From positions 148,561 to 212,560 of the forward strand of contig JBMHBP010000002.1 of NCBI GenBank assembly GCA_049890295.1: 64,000 bases of DNA. The letters run 5' to 3'. The notes under the pieces are model-generated. The model was not told where the DNA came from. It saw nothing but the letters and a program-made list of their open reading frames with translations, and did not search any database. The translations under genes were made by a program, and so were the position numbers. Source of the DNA: Flavobacteriales bacterium (GTDB lineage: Bacteria > Bacteroidota > Bacteroidia > Flavobacteriales > UBA7312). Below are positions 46,254-57,300 of the stretch, piece by piece. How positions within the stretch are numbered: position 1 is the stretch's first letter; the number at the start of each line of letters is the position of its first letter.

Positions 46254-48245
46254 TTAATTTCTCATTTTTTTAAGTTCAGTAAGCTTATCTCTAAGTTTAG
46301 CTGCTTCTACAAAATCTAATTCTTTTGCAGCATTTTCCATTTGTTTTCTTGTGCTTTTTATCGCTTTCTCTAATTCATTTGGATTAGAGTAGTCTATACT
46401 TTTTTCAGCGGCAAGAGAAGTAGTGGGACTATTCATTTTATATGGATTTAACTTTTTAGTTAATGCATTATCCTTTGTTTTATGAAGTGGTGTTGGAGTA
46501 ATATTATTTTTGAGATTATAGTCAGTTTGTTTTTCTCTCCGTCTGTTTGTCTCATCAATAGTTAACTGCATGCTATTGGTTATTTTATCAGCGTACATTA
46601 TTACCAATCCATTGACGTTTCGAGCTGCTCTTCCTGCTGTTTGAGTTAGTGAACGTTCAGATCGAAGAAAACCTTCCTTATCAGCATCCAGAATAGCGAC
46701 CAGACTTACTTCAGGTAAGTCAAGACCTTCTCGAAGTAAGTTAACACCAACTAATACATCAAACAAACCTTCCTTTAATTCGTGAAGAATTTCTACCCTT
46801 TCTAAAGTGTCAACATCTGAGTGAATATATCTACTTCTAACGTTAAATCGGTTAAGGTAGTTAGTCAGTTCCTCAGCCATTCGTTTAGTAAGTGTAGTTA
46901 CTAAAGTCCGTTCATCTTTTTCAACCCTTTGTTGAATTTCTTCGAGTAAATCATCAATTTGATTTAATGATGGTCTTACATCAATTTTTGGATCTAACAA
47001 GCCTGTAGGACGTATTACTTGTTCTGCTACGACACCTTGCGATTCTTCCAGTTCATAGTCAGCAGGTGTTGCACTGACATATATAAATTGATGATTAATT
47101 TCAGTAAACTCATTGAATTTAAGCGGTCGGTTGTCTAAGGCAGCTGGTAGTCTAAAGCCATACTCTACTAAATTTTCTTTTCTCGAACGATCACCACCAT
47201 ACATAGCTCTAATTTGTGGAAGTGTAACGTGACTTTCATCAATAACTGTCAAGAAGTCGTTCGGAAAATAATCAATTAAACAAAATGGTCGTGTACCAGC
47301 TGCTCTACCATCAAAGTATCGTGAATAATTTTCTATACCTGAACAGTATCCAAGTTCACGTATCATTTCTAAATCGTAATTTACTCTTTCGTCCAAACGT
47401 TTGGCTTCCGTTTTTCTATCAGTATTCGTCAAAAACTGAACCTGGTCCATTAAATCATCTTGAATTTGATGTATAGCACTTTGAATTCTATCTTTCGACG
47501 CTACAAAAATATTTGCGGGATATATTCTTAAATAATTTAGTTTATCAATTCTGTTTGAAGTAGTAGGGTCAAAACTTTCTATTTCTTCAATTTCATCTCC
47601 CCAAAAATGAATTTTATAAGCGATATCTGCATAGGCCGGAAATACTGAAACTGTATCACCACGAACAATAAAATTACCACGCTCTAATGCGATTTCACTT
47701 CTTGAATATAAGGAGGTCACTAATTGATTTAATAACTTATTTCTGGAGATTTTTTGTTCAGTTTTTAATTCAATTTGGTTATTATCGAATTCCTCTGGAT
47801 TTCCAATACCATAAATACACGATACGGATGAAACAACTATTATATCTTTTCTACCTGACAATAATGTTGAAGTTGTGCTTAGTCTTAGTTTTTCAATTTC
47901 TTCATTAATCGACAAGTCTTTCTCTATATATGTTCCTGTTGTGGGTATGTAAGCTTCTGGCTGATAGTAATCATAATAGGATACAAAGTATTCGACAGCA
48001 TTGTTTGGAAAGAATTGTTTAAATTCACTGTATAGCTGTGCTGCAAGAGTTTTGTTGTGACTAAGAACTAAGGTAGGTTTTTGTACCTCTTTTACAACAT
48101 TAGCAATTGTAAATGTTTTCCCCGACCCAGTAACTCCTAATAGTGTTTGATGTTTTTGATTATTGTCAATACCATCAACTAATTGTTTTATAGCATGCGG
48201 CTGATCGCCAGTAGGCTCAAAGGGAGATACAATGTTAAACCCCAT
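46254..48245 (-). CDS. uvrB: excinuclease ABC subunit B
   Basis: 663 aa. It has GVTGSGKTF, the DESH box (VIDESHVT), helicase motifs and the C-terminal UVR domain (FVEAAKLRDKL). Confidence 0.97.
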   Translation of the reverse strand: MGFNIVSPFEPTGDQPHAIKQLVDGIDNNQKHQTLLGVTGSGKTFTIANVVKEVQKPTLVLSHNKTLAAQLYSEFKQFFPNNAVEYFVSYYDYYQPEAYIPTTGTYIEKDLSINEEIEKLRLSTTSTLLSGRKDIIVVSSVSCIYGIGNPEEFDNNQIELKTEQKISRNKLLNQLVTSLYSRSEIALERGNFIVRGDTVSVFPAYADIAYKIHFWGDEIEEIESFDPTTSNRIDKLNYLRIYPANIFVASKDRIQSAIHQIQDDLMDQVQFLTNTDRKTEAKRLDERVNYDLEMIRELGYCSGIENYSRYFDGRAAGTRPFCLIDYFPNDFLTVIDESHVTLPQIRAMYGGDRSRKENLVEYGFRLPAALDNRPLKFNEFTEINHQFIYVSATPADYELEESQGVVAEQVIRPTGLLDPKIDVRPSLNQIDDLLEEIQQRVEKDERTLVTTLTKRMAEELTNYLNRFNVRSRYIHSDVDTLERVEILHELKEGLFDVLVGVNLLREGLDLPEVSLVAILDADKEGFLRSERSLTQTAGRAARNVNGLVIMYADKITNSMQLTIDETNRRREKQTDYNLKNNITPTPLHKTKDNALTKKLNPYKMNSPTTSLAAEKSIDYSNPNELEKAIKSTRKQMENAAKELDFVEAAKLRDKLTELKKMRN

Positions 48246-50035
48246 TAAATAGCGTTTATTAATTTCAGTTTATGCTTTAAAGACTTAATATTAAACTGGC
48301 TTTCTTGTATTTTTGACAGAACTTGTTCTTTGATTTTATCAGCACCCTTGCTATTTCCAAAAAATGAAATATTAGTTTCGTATTGATTAATTTCTTTTTG
48401 TAAGTCGTTGATTTTATTTTTTAGGATTTGTTTTTCCTTTTCAATACGCCTAGAGTTAGGTTCTTCTTTAAGTTTCAATAACTTATTATTGAAATGTATG
48501 TCATTCAGTTCTTGTTTACTAACTTTCATTTCTGAAAAGTAACTGTCAATTAGTTTTCTAAATTCATTTTCAATATCACTTTCATCTCTTGGAACCCTAC
48601 CAATGGAATTCCAATCATTAGTTAAACGATTAATTAATTGTAAATTTTCGTCTTTATTTTCTGAAAGTTTTAATGCTTTTACTGATTTAAGTAACTTTTT
48701 CTTTTCATCAAGATTTTCAACTTTCTGTAAATCTAAAGCTTCAAAATGTAGTTTTTTTGAATTATAAAATTCATCTAAACTGTTTTTAAATCTCTTCCAT
48801 ATCTTTTCTGATTGAGATTTTGGTAAATAGCCAGATTTTTTCCAATCTTCTTGAATTTTAAAAAATTCATTGCTACGTAATTTCCAATCATTACATGGTG
48901 TTGAATTTAATTGTTCTACTTTTTCACACAGTGAAATTTTAGCAGTCAAAACACTTTTAGTCTCTGACTTTTTAATTTTGTAGAAGTCGTTTTTTTTATG
49001 ATGAAATCGTGTTAATGATTCTCTGAGAGTTTTCCAAGCTAGTTTATTGTCTTCTTTATTCAGAAAACCTACTTTTTTCCATTCATTTTCTAGCGAAATT
49101 ACTTTCTCTGTTGCAATCTTCCACATATTATGATTGCTAGCACCTGTATCAGTTATTTGGTCAATTTGTAAGCAAAAATCTAGTTTATTTTTAAGTGCTT
49201 CTTTACTTTTTTGTTTTAGAGCAGTGTAGTGATCATTTCGTTTTTTGTGAAGCTGTCTTGTTGCTGCTTTAAATCTTCCCCAAATTTCTTCTCTAAACTC
49301 TCTTTTTACAGGACCTGTATTTTTCCACTTTTCATGTAAATCTTGGAGAGTAGAGTGAATTTTATGTATTGACTTTTCGTTAGTTAATTGTTCTGCTTGT
49401 TCACAAAGAGAAATTTTTAACTGATAATTTTTGTTAAAGTCTAAATCTCTTAAATCCTTATTAATTTTAATAAAGTCATAAAACCTCTCAACTTGATGAT
49501 GGTAAGAGTTCCATATATCATTTCGATATCCAATACTTACTTCTCCTGTACTTCTCCATTTTTCTTGTAGATTTTTGAATTGATCAAATGTTTCTTTTAG
49601 AGTTTCTTCTGATTCTACAAGATTTTTAATATCCTGAATAATGTTTTGTTTTATGTTCAGACTTTTTGAAAAATTAGCTTCAAGTTGTTCTCTATATTGA
49701 GCCTTTTTTTTACGGTAAATATTGTACAGATTTTTAAATGTTTTTTCTAGTGGATAGCTGAACTCAAATTCTTCTTCCTTACCACCATTTTCAAGAAAAT
49801 CATTTTTTTTAGTCTGCTTTTCTTTATTTAATTTTTTATAAAATACAGCTTTAATTTCCTCAACAGCTTTATTTGTTGAGTTGAAATCATCGCTTTCATT
49901 TAATCTTTTGAGCTCTGAAACTAAATCGTCAGTACTATAAGTGTTAAAATCTTTTTTTGGAGAAAAATTATCGATTATCTTTTCCTCTTGCTGTTCAATA
50001 TCTATTCCCTTATTTTCTTCTTCTGTGTTGGTCAT
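48245..50035 (-). CDS. DUF349 domain-containing protein
   Basis: 596 aa and highly charged. It carries repeated ~70-aa units with the WK..G....... EE.W.RFK pattern typical of DUF349. Its stop overlaps the uvrB start. Confidence 0.8.
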   Translation of the reverse strand: MTNTEEENKGIDIEQQEEKIIDNFSPKKDFNTYSTDDLVSELKRLNESDDFNSTNKAVEEIKAVFYKKLNKEKQTKKNDFLENGGKEEEFEFSYPLEKTFKNLYNIYRKKKAQYREQLEANFSKSLNIKQNIIQDIKNLVESEETLKETFDQFKNLQEKWRSTGEVSIGYRNDIWNSYHHQVERFYDFIKINKDLRDLDFNKNYQLKISLCEQAEQLTNEKSIHKIHSTLQDLHEKWKNTGPVKREFREEIWGRFKAATRQLHKKRNDHYTALKQKSKEALKNKLDFCLQIDQITDTGASNHNMWKIATEKVISLENEWKKVGFLNKEDNKLAWKTLRESLTRFHHKKNDFYKIKKSETKSVLTAKISLCEKVEQLNSTPCNDWKLRSNEFFKIQEDWKKSGYLPKSQSEKIWKRFKNSLDEFYNSKKLHFEALDLQKVENLDEKKKLLKSVKALKLSENKDENLQLINRLTNDWNSIGRVPRDESDIENEFRKLIDSYFSEMKVSKQELNDIHFNNKLLKLKEEPNSRRIEKEKQILKNKINDLQKEINQYETNISFFGNSKGADKIKEQVLSKIQESQFNIKSLKHKLKLINAI

Positions 50036-50063
50036 CTCGCTAACGAAAAGTTTAGTATTACTG

Positions 50064-50071
50064 CAAATTTA
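50064..50071 (-). promoter_or_regulatory. TAnnTTTG -7 motif (TAAATTTG on minus strand) for the DUF349-uvrB pair
   Basis: Plus-strand caaattta lies 28 nt upstream of the ATG at 50035. Confidence 0.4.
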
Positions 50072-50082
50072 AGCTATAAATT

Positions 50083-50808
50083 TCAAAATTCCTCGTTCCA
50101 TATTCTCCAAGATTCTTCGGCTTGAATATGAAGCATTTCGAGTCCATTTTTAATTTGACATCCTTGTTTTAGACCTTTTTTCAGAAACATAGTTGATGAT
50201 GGGTTATATGTAAGGTCGTAAAGTATATTATTGTTATTAAGCAAATGGTAGGGTAGAGCTGGTGATTGGTTAATATCAGGAAATGTTCCCAGGGGTGTGG
50301 TATTGACAATTAAATTGTATTTAGAAAGGTTTTTATTTGATAAACTTTCATAATTATTTTCTGATTTTCGAGAAATTATTTTGAAGTCTATATTCAATTT
50401 ACTAAACGCAAAGGCTATGGCTTTGGAGGCTCCACCACTTCCAAGAATTAACGCTTCTTCAACTTTAGAAATATTTAGATGTTGTAATGATTTTATGAAA
50501 CCTATGTAATCAGTATTATGACCAATGTATTTCCCATTTTTAATACTAACACAATTTACTGCTCCTATTTGTTGAGCATCAGTTTCTAATTCATCTAATA
50601 AAGGAATAATTGTCTCTTTGTATGGAATTGTTACATTAAAACCATTGAGTTGTTTTATTTGAGTATTTTGAAAAAGACGTTGTATTTCAGCAATTTCAAG
50701 GTTAACGTATCGGCAGTTTTTTATGTTTTCCTGTCTGAATTTGTTCTGAAAATAAGTCTTTGAAAAAGAGTGACTTAAAGATCTGCCTATTAGACCAAAT
50801 GTTTTCAT
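50083..50808 (-). CDS. aroE: shikimate dehydrogenase (short Bacteroidota form)
   Basis: 241 aa. Motifs are SLSHSFSKTYFQNKF, NVTIPYK, GAVNC, GHNTDYIGF and the NADP loop GSGGASKA. Confidence 0.88.
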   Translation of the reverse strand: MKTFGLIGRSLSHSFSKTYFQNKFRQENIKNCRYVNLEIAEIQRLFQNTQIKQLNGFNVTIPYKETIIPLLDELETDAQQIGAVNCVSIKNGKYIGHNTDYIGFIKSLQHLNISKVEEALILGSGGASKAIAFAFSKLNIDFKIISRKSENNYESLSNKNLSKYNLIVNTTPLGTFPDINQSPALPYHLLNNNNILYDLTYNPSSTMFLKKGLKQGCQIKNGLEMLHIQAEESWRIWNEEF

Positions 50809-51785
50809 TTTTTCTGTTTAGCAAAATATTCAACGATGATAATACTTGCAACACCTAAAATCATAAACGCTATCACTATAAATTCGTCTAATGACCAATC
50901 TTGTGGAATATATCTCTCGTAGCCCACAAGAATAGCTTGTCCATTTCTGTCTAAAGTATTTACATCAACTAGTTCTTTTTTCCAAGGCCAAATAATTGTT
51001 AGCGATCCAAAAACAAAACCTGTAAGTATTGAAAGTGTTTGATTGCCGTAGCGTTTAAATACCCATGAAATAAGTGCTGAAAACGCCAAAATACCTGCTA
51101 CTGAACCAATCAAAAATACTATGAAATAAATCAGGTAATCAAATTGTTCACTTTCTACAAAAGTATTCAACTCACCTTTTAATATACTACTAATAAAATC
51201 TGTTAAACTATTAATTGACTTAACCATTAGAAGTTGGTAATTGCCCATAAGCATTAAAATATATGAGCCTGATAAGCCGGGTAATATCATACCGCATATA
51301 CCAATGGCACCACAAATTAAAATGTAAAGGATTGATGTGTTTTCTGTTGGAGAAGGTGACATGAATGATAAGACTGAGGCTATTCCTATTCCTAGAACAA
51401 AGAGTACTATTATTGACCAGTCCCATTTTGTAATATTTTTCCCAATGGGATAAATTGATGCTAATACTAATCCAAAAAAATAGGCCCATGTTTCTTCTGG
51501 AAATTCTACTAATAAAAAGTCAAAAAGTTTAGCTAAGCTTAATACACTAAATATAATTCCAAAGAAAATAGGAAAAATAAACTTGAAGTTTATATGAACA
51601 GCAAGTTCATTTAATTTCCATTTTATTAATAGTTTGAATGCTTTTAGATTGAATGCCTTTAATGAATTTATGAACTCTTCATAAATATTTGTTATGAGTG
51701 CTATCGTTCCACCTGAAACGCCGGGAACAACATTTGCAATACCCATTGCAATTCCTTTAAGGCTAAGTAATATAAAATTAAGCAT
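50805..51785 (-). CDS. DUF368 domain-containing polytopic membrane protein
   Basis: I trimmed the start to MLNFILLSLKG (ATG 51785). The VPGVSGGT and LPGLSGS motifs are duplicated across two halves, typical of DUF368. Confidence 0.8.
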   Translation of the reverse strand: MLNFILLSLKGIAMGIANVVPGVSGGTIALITNIYEEFINSLKAFNLKAFKLLIKWKLNELAVHINFKFIFPIFFGIIFSVLSLAKLFDFLLVEFPEETWAYFFGLVLASIYPIGKNITKWDWSIIVLFVLGIGIASVLSFMSPSPTENTSILYILICGAIGICGMILPGLSGSYILMLMGNYQLLMVKSINSLTDFISSILKGELNTFVESEQFDYLIYFIVFLIGSVAGILAFSALISWVFKRYGNQTLSILTGFVFGSLTIIWPWKKELVDVNTLDRNGQAILVGYERYIPQDWSLDEFIVIAFMILGVASIIIVEYFAKQKK

Positions 51786-51798
51786 AGATAATTGTAGG

Positions 51799-52083
51799 TT
51801 AAATTTCCTCCCAAGCACTATAACCACCTTCTAAATGGTGGATATTATCATAATTATGTAGTTTTTCAATCATATATTTTAAGGATTGACTACGCTTTCC
51901 ACTATTACAATAAATTATTACGGTTTTATCTCTTGGTACTTCATCAATTCGACATAGTACTTCATCTAACGGTATATTATAATCACAAATATGACCATTT
52001 TCGCACTCATAAGGTTCTCTTATATCTATGATGGAAATAGGTTCATTATTTTCAATGCGTTGTTTAAGTTCTTTGGCATTCAT
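51799..52083 (-). CDS. single-domain rhodanese-like sulfurtransferase
   Basis: 94 aa with the active-site loop YCNSGKRS. Confidence 0.85.
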   Translation of the reverse strand: MNAKELKQRIENNEPISIIDIREPYECENGHICDYNIPLDEVLCRIDEVPRDKTVIIYCNSGKRSQSLKYMIEKLHNYDNIHHLEGGYSAWEEI

Positions 52084-52096
52084 AGTTTAAGAGTTT

Positions 52097-52855
52097 TTAA
52101 GTTAGGTGATCAAAAAAAGTATCTCCTCTAAGTCCTAATCTCAGGCATTCTAGTGGTATAACTTCATTGGATGCTATATTTCCTAGGTTTACATTTGCTC
52201 CCATAAGTTTGATGAACCATACTTGCTGGTTTTTTTGTGGAGATTCCCAAATAACTTTATCATTATCAATTTTAGTTAAAATTTCCTCTATAAGGTCAGA
52301 ACGAACTTCCCCACTATTTCTGTATATACCTACATTTCCACCTTCTCTTGCTTCTGCAATAACTTTCCATGAGCCTGAGTCAATTTCTTTTTGAATTAAT
52401 TCAATCCATTTATAGGGTGGAATAAGTTTATTAGCATCCTTTGAGCCAACTTCTGAAAGTACTGTATAATCTTTACAAAGTGTTTTAATGTAATTACATT
52501 TCTCTATATGAGAAATTTCAATTGAACCATCTGAAACTTCTACAGTGTTAATGTTATACTTTTCAAGTAATTTTTGATAATCGGTAAACATATTTCTAGC
52601 TACAAATGCTTCGAATAAAGTACCTCCAAAATAAACATTGATATTTGCCTGTTGGTATAATTTTATTTTTTGTTCAAGATTTGTGCTGATAATTGATGTG
52701 CCAAAACCAAATTTAACAAGATCTGTAAGGTGACCAGCGGTTTCAATAAAATCTTCTACTTGACGAATACTTAGACCTTTGTCCATCATCATAGTTAAGC
52801 CGCTATTTCTTGGTTTTTCGTTTCGGTTTGGCAGGTTGGATAACTTAAAGTTCAT
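52097..52855 (-). CDS. comA: (2R)-phospho-3-sulfolactate synthase (ComA family)
   Basis: 252 aa. It has the ComA N-terminal block R.EKPRNSGLTMMMDKGL, followed by KFGFGTS and a TIM-barrel-like layout. Confidence 0.82.
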   Translation of the reverse strand: MNFKLSNLPNRNEKPRNSGLTMMMDKGLSIRQVEDFIETAGHLTDLVKFGFGTSIISTNLEQKIKLYQQANINVYFGGTLFEAFVARNMFTDYQKLLEKYNINTVEVSDGSIEISHIEKCNYIKTLCKDYTVLSEVGSKDANKLIPPYKWIELIQKEIDSGSWKVIAEAREGGNVGIYRNSGEVRSDLIEEILTKIDNDKVIWESPQKNQQVWFIKLMGANVNLGNIASNEVIPLECLRLGLRGDTFFDHLT

Positions 52856-52861
52856 TAACTA

Positions 52862-54259
52862 TTACTTTTTGTGTTTCGCCAGCAAATTTAAAATAATTTC
52901 ATTTGTTTTTATATGTGGTAGATACTGAAAAAATTCTTCGTGTTTTTCATAGTTTAGGACAAGTGCCTCTTTAAAAAATTGTAAGGCTAATTCGTCACTT
53001 CCAGATTTGAACAAATAAGCAGATAACCTGTAGACTATTTCGGCATTTTTTGGATTTAGTTTTATAGCTTTTTTCAAAAGTTCAATAGCTTCAAAGTTTG
53101 ACTCATATTGTGAGATTAAATGAGAATAATTTAGCCATGACTCTGAATCAAACTCATCAATCTCAATAACTTTTCTATAAGCTTGTTCTGCCTCTTTTAT
53201 AAAGCCTGCTTTTTCGTGAATTTTAGCATAAGTAAAAAGAAAGTCAATATTATTTGGGCTAATATCTATTGCTTTTTTCACGTGGTATGAGGCTTCTAAG
53301 GTATACCCCTGTAAATCTAATATCAAGGCTAATGCATACCATGATTCGTCAAAATTATCGTCTTTTTTAAGTGACTTATAAAAATAGACTTTTGCCTTTT
53401 CTAAATCATCTAATTTTTCGTAAAAATTTCCAATGTCATAAAAGATATAAGCATCAGGTTTTTTGAATGAAAACGTTTGTTTACAACATTGAATAGCATT
53501 CTCATAGTAGCCTAATTCAGCATATGCATCAGCTTTGTTAGTATATGCTTTGTAAAAATCATCCTTAATACAAAGTGCATAGTCAAAAGCTTCAATGGCG
53601 TTTAAAAAATCTTCCGTTCTTTGGTACGTAATTCCTAGATAAAACCATGCTTCATGGTCGTAAGGGTTGTTAGAAATGTATTTTTTTATAAAATCAACCG
53701 AACGATTTTGATTTCCTTCAATTTCTGTCGAAATAATATAAGTATACCAATACAGTTCATTTCTGAAGTTTAGTAATAAAAGTTTTTCCAACATATCGTT
53801 GGATTTAGAATGATTTTCAATCTGTTGATACTCACTAGCTAACGATGAGATAACATCTTCATTTTTGTCATTGTAACACATCAGTTTCTCGAGTACATCA
53901 ATAGCCTCTTGATGCATCTCTAATTTGCTGTATACTGCCGAAAGAGTAAATAGATAATCTTCACTTTCTGAAGGAGGTATTTCTTGAATAACTTTATAAG
54001 CTTCCTTAATTTTGTCGAAATAAATGAGAACTTGTACCTTTTTTAATTTTAGCTCTATAGAAAAAGGAAATATTTTATCATACAGTACAAAGGCGTCCTT
54101 AACTTTTGATTTATTATTATTCTCGCAAAAGAAATCGATTATTTTTTCTATTTCATAAGATTCAAAATATTCAAATTGATTCTTTTCAAGCATTAAATCG
54201 AACCGCTTAATAAGGTGTAGTGTACTATTTTCCCTAGAACTTAATCCATCTTCATACAT
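52862..54259 (-). CDS. tetratricopeptide repeat protein
   Basis: 465 aa. Repeated 34-aa A..Y..AL...P / W..LG..Y patterns run throughout. Confidence 0.8.
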   Translation of the reverse strand: MYEDGLSSRENSTLHLIKRFDLMLEKNQFEYFESYEIEKIIDFFCENNNKSKVKDAFVLYDKIFPFSIELKLKKVQVLIYFDKIKEAYKVIQEIPPSESEDYLFTLSAVYSKLEMHQEAIDVLEKLMCYNDKNEDVISSLASEYQQIENHSKSNDMLEKLLLLNFRNELYWYTYIISTEIEGNQNRSVDFIKKYISNNPYDHEAWFYLGITYQRTEDFLNAIEAFDYALCIKDDFYKAYTNKADAYAELGYYENAIQCCKQTFSFKKPDAYIFYDIGNFYEKLDDLEKAKVYFYKSLKKDDNFDESWYALALILDLQGYTLEASYHVKKAIDISPNNIDFLFTYAKIHEKAGFIKEAEQAYRKVIEIDEFDSESWLNYSHLISQYESNFEAIELLKKAIKLNPKNAEIVYRLSAYLFKSGSDELALQFFKEALVLNYEKHEEFFQYLPHIKTNEIILNLLAKHKK

Positions 54260-54347
54260 ATTATAAATATAGCAAAATAAATCATGATTTTAGGTTTTTT
54301 ACCAAAATCATTTTTAACAAAGAAATTAACAAATAACTAAATGCTGC

Positions 54348-57300
54348 TTAGTTTACTAGAGTTATTTTTCCAACAATTTGTCGCTCTTCATTATTTTCAA
54401 AAACTACATAAATGCTATAGAGATATACATCTGTTTGACATAATTTACCATTATGTCTTCCGTCCCAACCAATATTCTGATTTGATGTAGAAAATAAACG
54501 TTCTCCCCATTTTTTGAAAATATCCATTTTGAAATCCATTGCTCCTAATATTACCGGGAATAATACATCATTTATTCCAATATCTAATGTGTGATTGTTC
54601 GTATTATTATTTTTATTAGGAGTGAATGAATTTGGAATTAAAACACTTCCTGATGAACTTTCAGATATAGAAATGGTCTTGTAGCTGGTATCACTACAAA
54701 ATTCGTTTGTTGCAATTAAGTTTATAGTATATATCCCATTAAATTCATAAGTATGGAATAAGTTGAATTCGTTTGATGTGAAGGAATCACCAAGATCCCA
54801 AAAGTAGTCTGTGGCTAACTCAGATAGGTTTTCTGTTTCGATTGTTGAGTTATTTTTATTTATGGCAAATAAAGATGTTGGAGAATCATAAACCTTAATG
54901 ATATTTTCTTTTGTAATAGAATTATTACCATCTGAATTAACAACTGTCAGAGTTACTGAGTATTCGCCTTGGTTAGTGTATATTTTTACAGGATGTTCAA
55001 GTCCAGAATAGGTGTTATCTCCAAAATCCCAAATAAAATTGCTTGCATGTAAGGATGTGTTTTCGAACTGTACAGTTAGAGGTGGGCATCCTTCACCAGA
55101 TCCTAAGAAATTTGCTATTGGTAAATTGGGCAATATTGTAATCCAATGATAAATAGAATCATTACAATTATGTTGAGAGTTTATTTCTAATTTGATTTGA
55201 TATTGTCCTTGCGAGTTATATGTGTGTGAATTAGGTTGTTTTACAGTAGAGTTTGAATTATCACCAAATTCCCAATAATATTCCCAGTCGCCTTCATTTG
55301 AAATATTATTGATTATTACTGTGGAGTTAGGTAAGCTTTGAGTTATGGGACTGACTTCAAATTCAGCTATAGGTGAGGGGTAGATATGAATTTTTTTATA
55401 GGTTGTGTCTTTACAATCATACTCTGAGTTAATTATTAATGAAGTATTAAAAGTAGTATCAAAAGGACTGTTATTAGTAAAAATATGATTGACATAATTT
55501 GCTCCATTGTTTATAATAGTACCATCACCGAAGTCCCAAGTTAAATCATTGATTCCTTGTGAAAAATTATAAAACTGTAAGTCTAGTGGAGAACAGCCTG
55601 CAGTATCAGCTAAAAAGTTGGCTGTTACACTTGGAAAAACATTTATAGTTTTTGATGATGTATCGCTACAATTATAATCATTTAAGGTCATTAGCTTTAG
55701 CTCATAGGTTTGTATATTGCCTTCATTGTTTTCAAGATTTACGCTAAAGATATTAGTATTTATAATTGTATCAGTTCCACTATTTATATTCCACACATTA
55801 TTAGTTGATTCAGTTGAATTGTTTTGTACTTCAACACTTAAAGGCGAACAACCTAAACTATCTGATGTTGTAAAATTAGATGTAGGAGATGGAAATATAT
55901 TAATTTGGTGAGATGTGGTATCTGAACATCCAAACGGAGAGGTCGCAATCAGTTCTACATTATATATTAAGTCGTTTGAGCTATTGTTTAGATATATATG
56001 AACCGGGCTTTGGATTGAGGATGAATCACCATCACCAAAATCCCATTCATAGATTAAAGCACCATTTACAGCTGGAAAATGAATCTCTAGTGGCGAGCAA
56101 CCACTTGATGGTGTTGTTGAAAAGTTAAAATTTGGTTCCGGATAGGCTATAATAGTTTGAATGCTAGTATCCTTACAACTACTTTGATTACTCGCAATTA
56201 AGCTAACCTGAAAGGTTTCAATTAAAAGGCTTTGGTTTTGGAATGTATGACTAACATTTGTTGAGGTGTAATTTGTATTGTCTCCTAAGTCCCACTCATA
56301 ATTTAACGCATTAGTTGAATTATTAGTAAAATCTACCTCTAAAGGTGCACAATCGAAAATGGCATTACTGTAAAAACTTGCAATGGGTTGTGGTAATACA
56401 GTAACAGTTAATGAAGATGAATCTTTGCAACCAGCACTTGTTAAAACTGATAGACTAACCTCATAATCAATTTCATTGATCGAGTTATTTACAAATGTAT
56501 GAGTTGGGTTTTCTAAAATGCTAATATCGGTGTCACTAAATTTCCATGTTTGATAAATAGCATTTGAAGATGACTGATTTAAAAAAGTGATTTCAAGTGG
56601 TGAGCATCCTTCTACTTCTGATGTAATAAAATGAGCTGATGGCATACTATCAACTTGAATTTCTATTGTATCAGTACCATTACAATATGAGGTAGATACG
56701 TTTAAAACTATATCAAAAATACCAGCTGAATTAAAGTTATGAGTAGGATTTTCTAAAGTACTTGTTGTCCCATTCCCCAAATCCCAATGCCAGCTTACAA
56801 TATTATCAATTGATTGTGTTAGATCTTCAAAGTTGACCAGTTCATTTACACACACATTTGTTGGCGTTACAGAGGGTTTTGGAGATTCTCTAATTATTAT
56901 ATTATCTCCGAAAGTATTAGTACAACCACTAGAGTTAGTAACCTCTAAACTTATCCAATGAGTTCCAATTGAACTATAATCTTGTGTCTCAGGAATGGTA
57001 AGATTACTTGTATTGCCGTTTCCAAAATTCCAATTCCAAACTATTACATCATTAGAAGAATTATCGGTGAAATTAACTGACATACTATCACAGCCTGAGT
57101 CATTATCAATAGTAAAATTAGCTGATGGAATTGGTGAAACATAAACCTCTATTTTAGCGGTATCTCTACATATTCCAGAAATTTGAGGAATTAGCAATAC
57201 CTCATAGGTTCCGGCTGTGTTATAAGTATAACTTATATCTCCTGCCCATTGTTGAGTCCATGAGTTTCCATTACCCATATCCCAAATGTAATCGTTTACT

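Noticed and set aside
31809-48245. uvrA and uvrB both fall in the window, considered as a DNA-repair island.
   Set aside because: They are about 12 kb apart, are separated by unrelated metabolic genes, and sit in different transcription units. No uvrC, no mobile-element markers and no compositional shift are evident.
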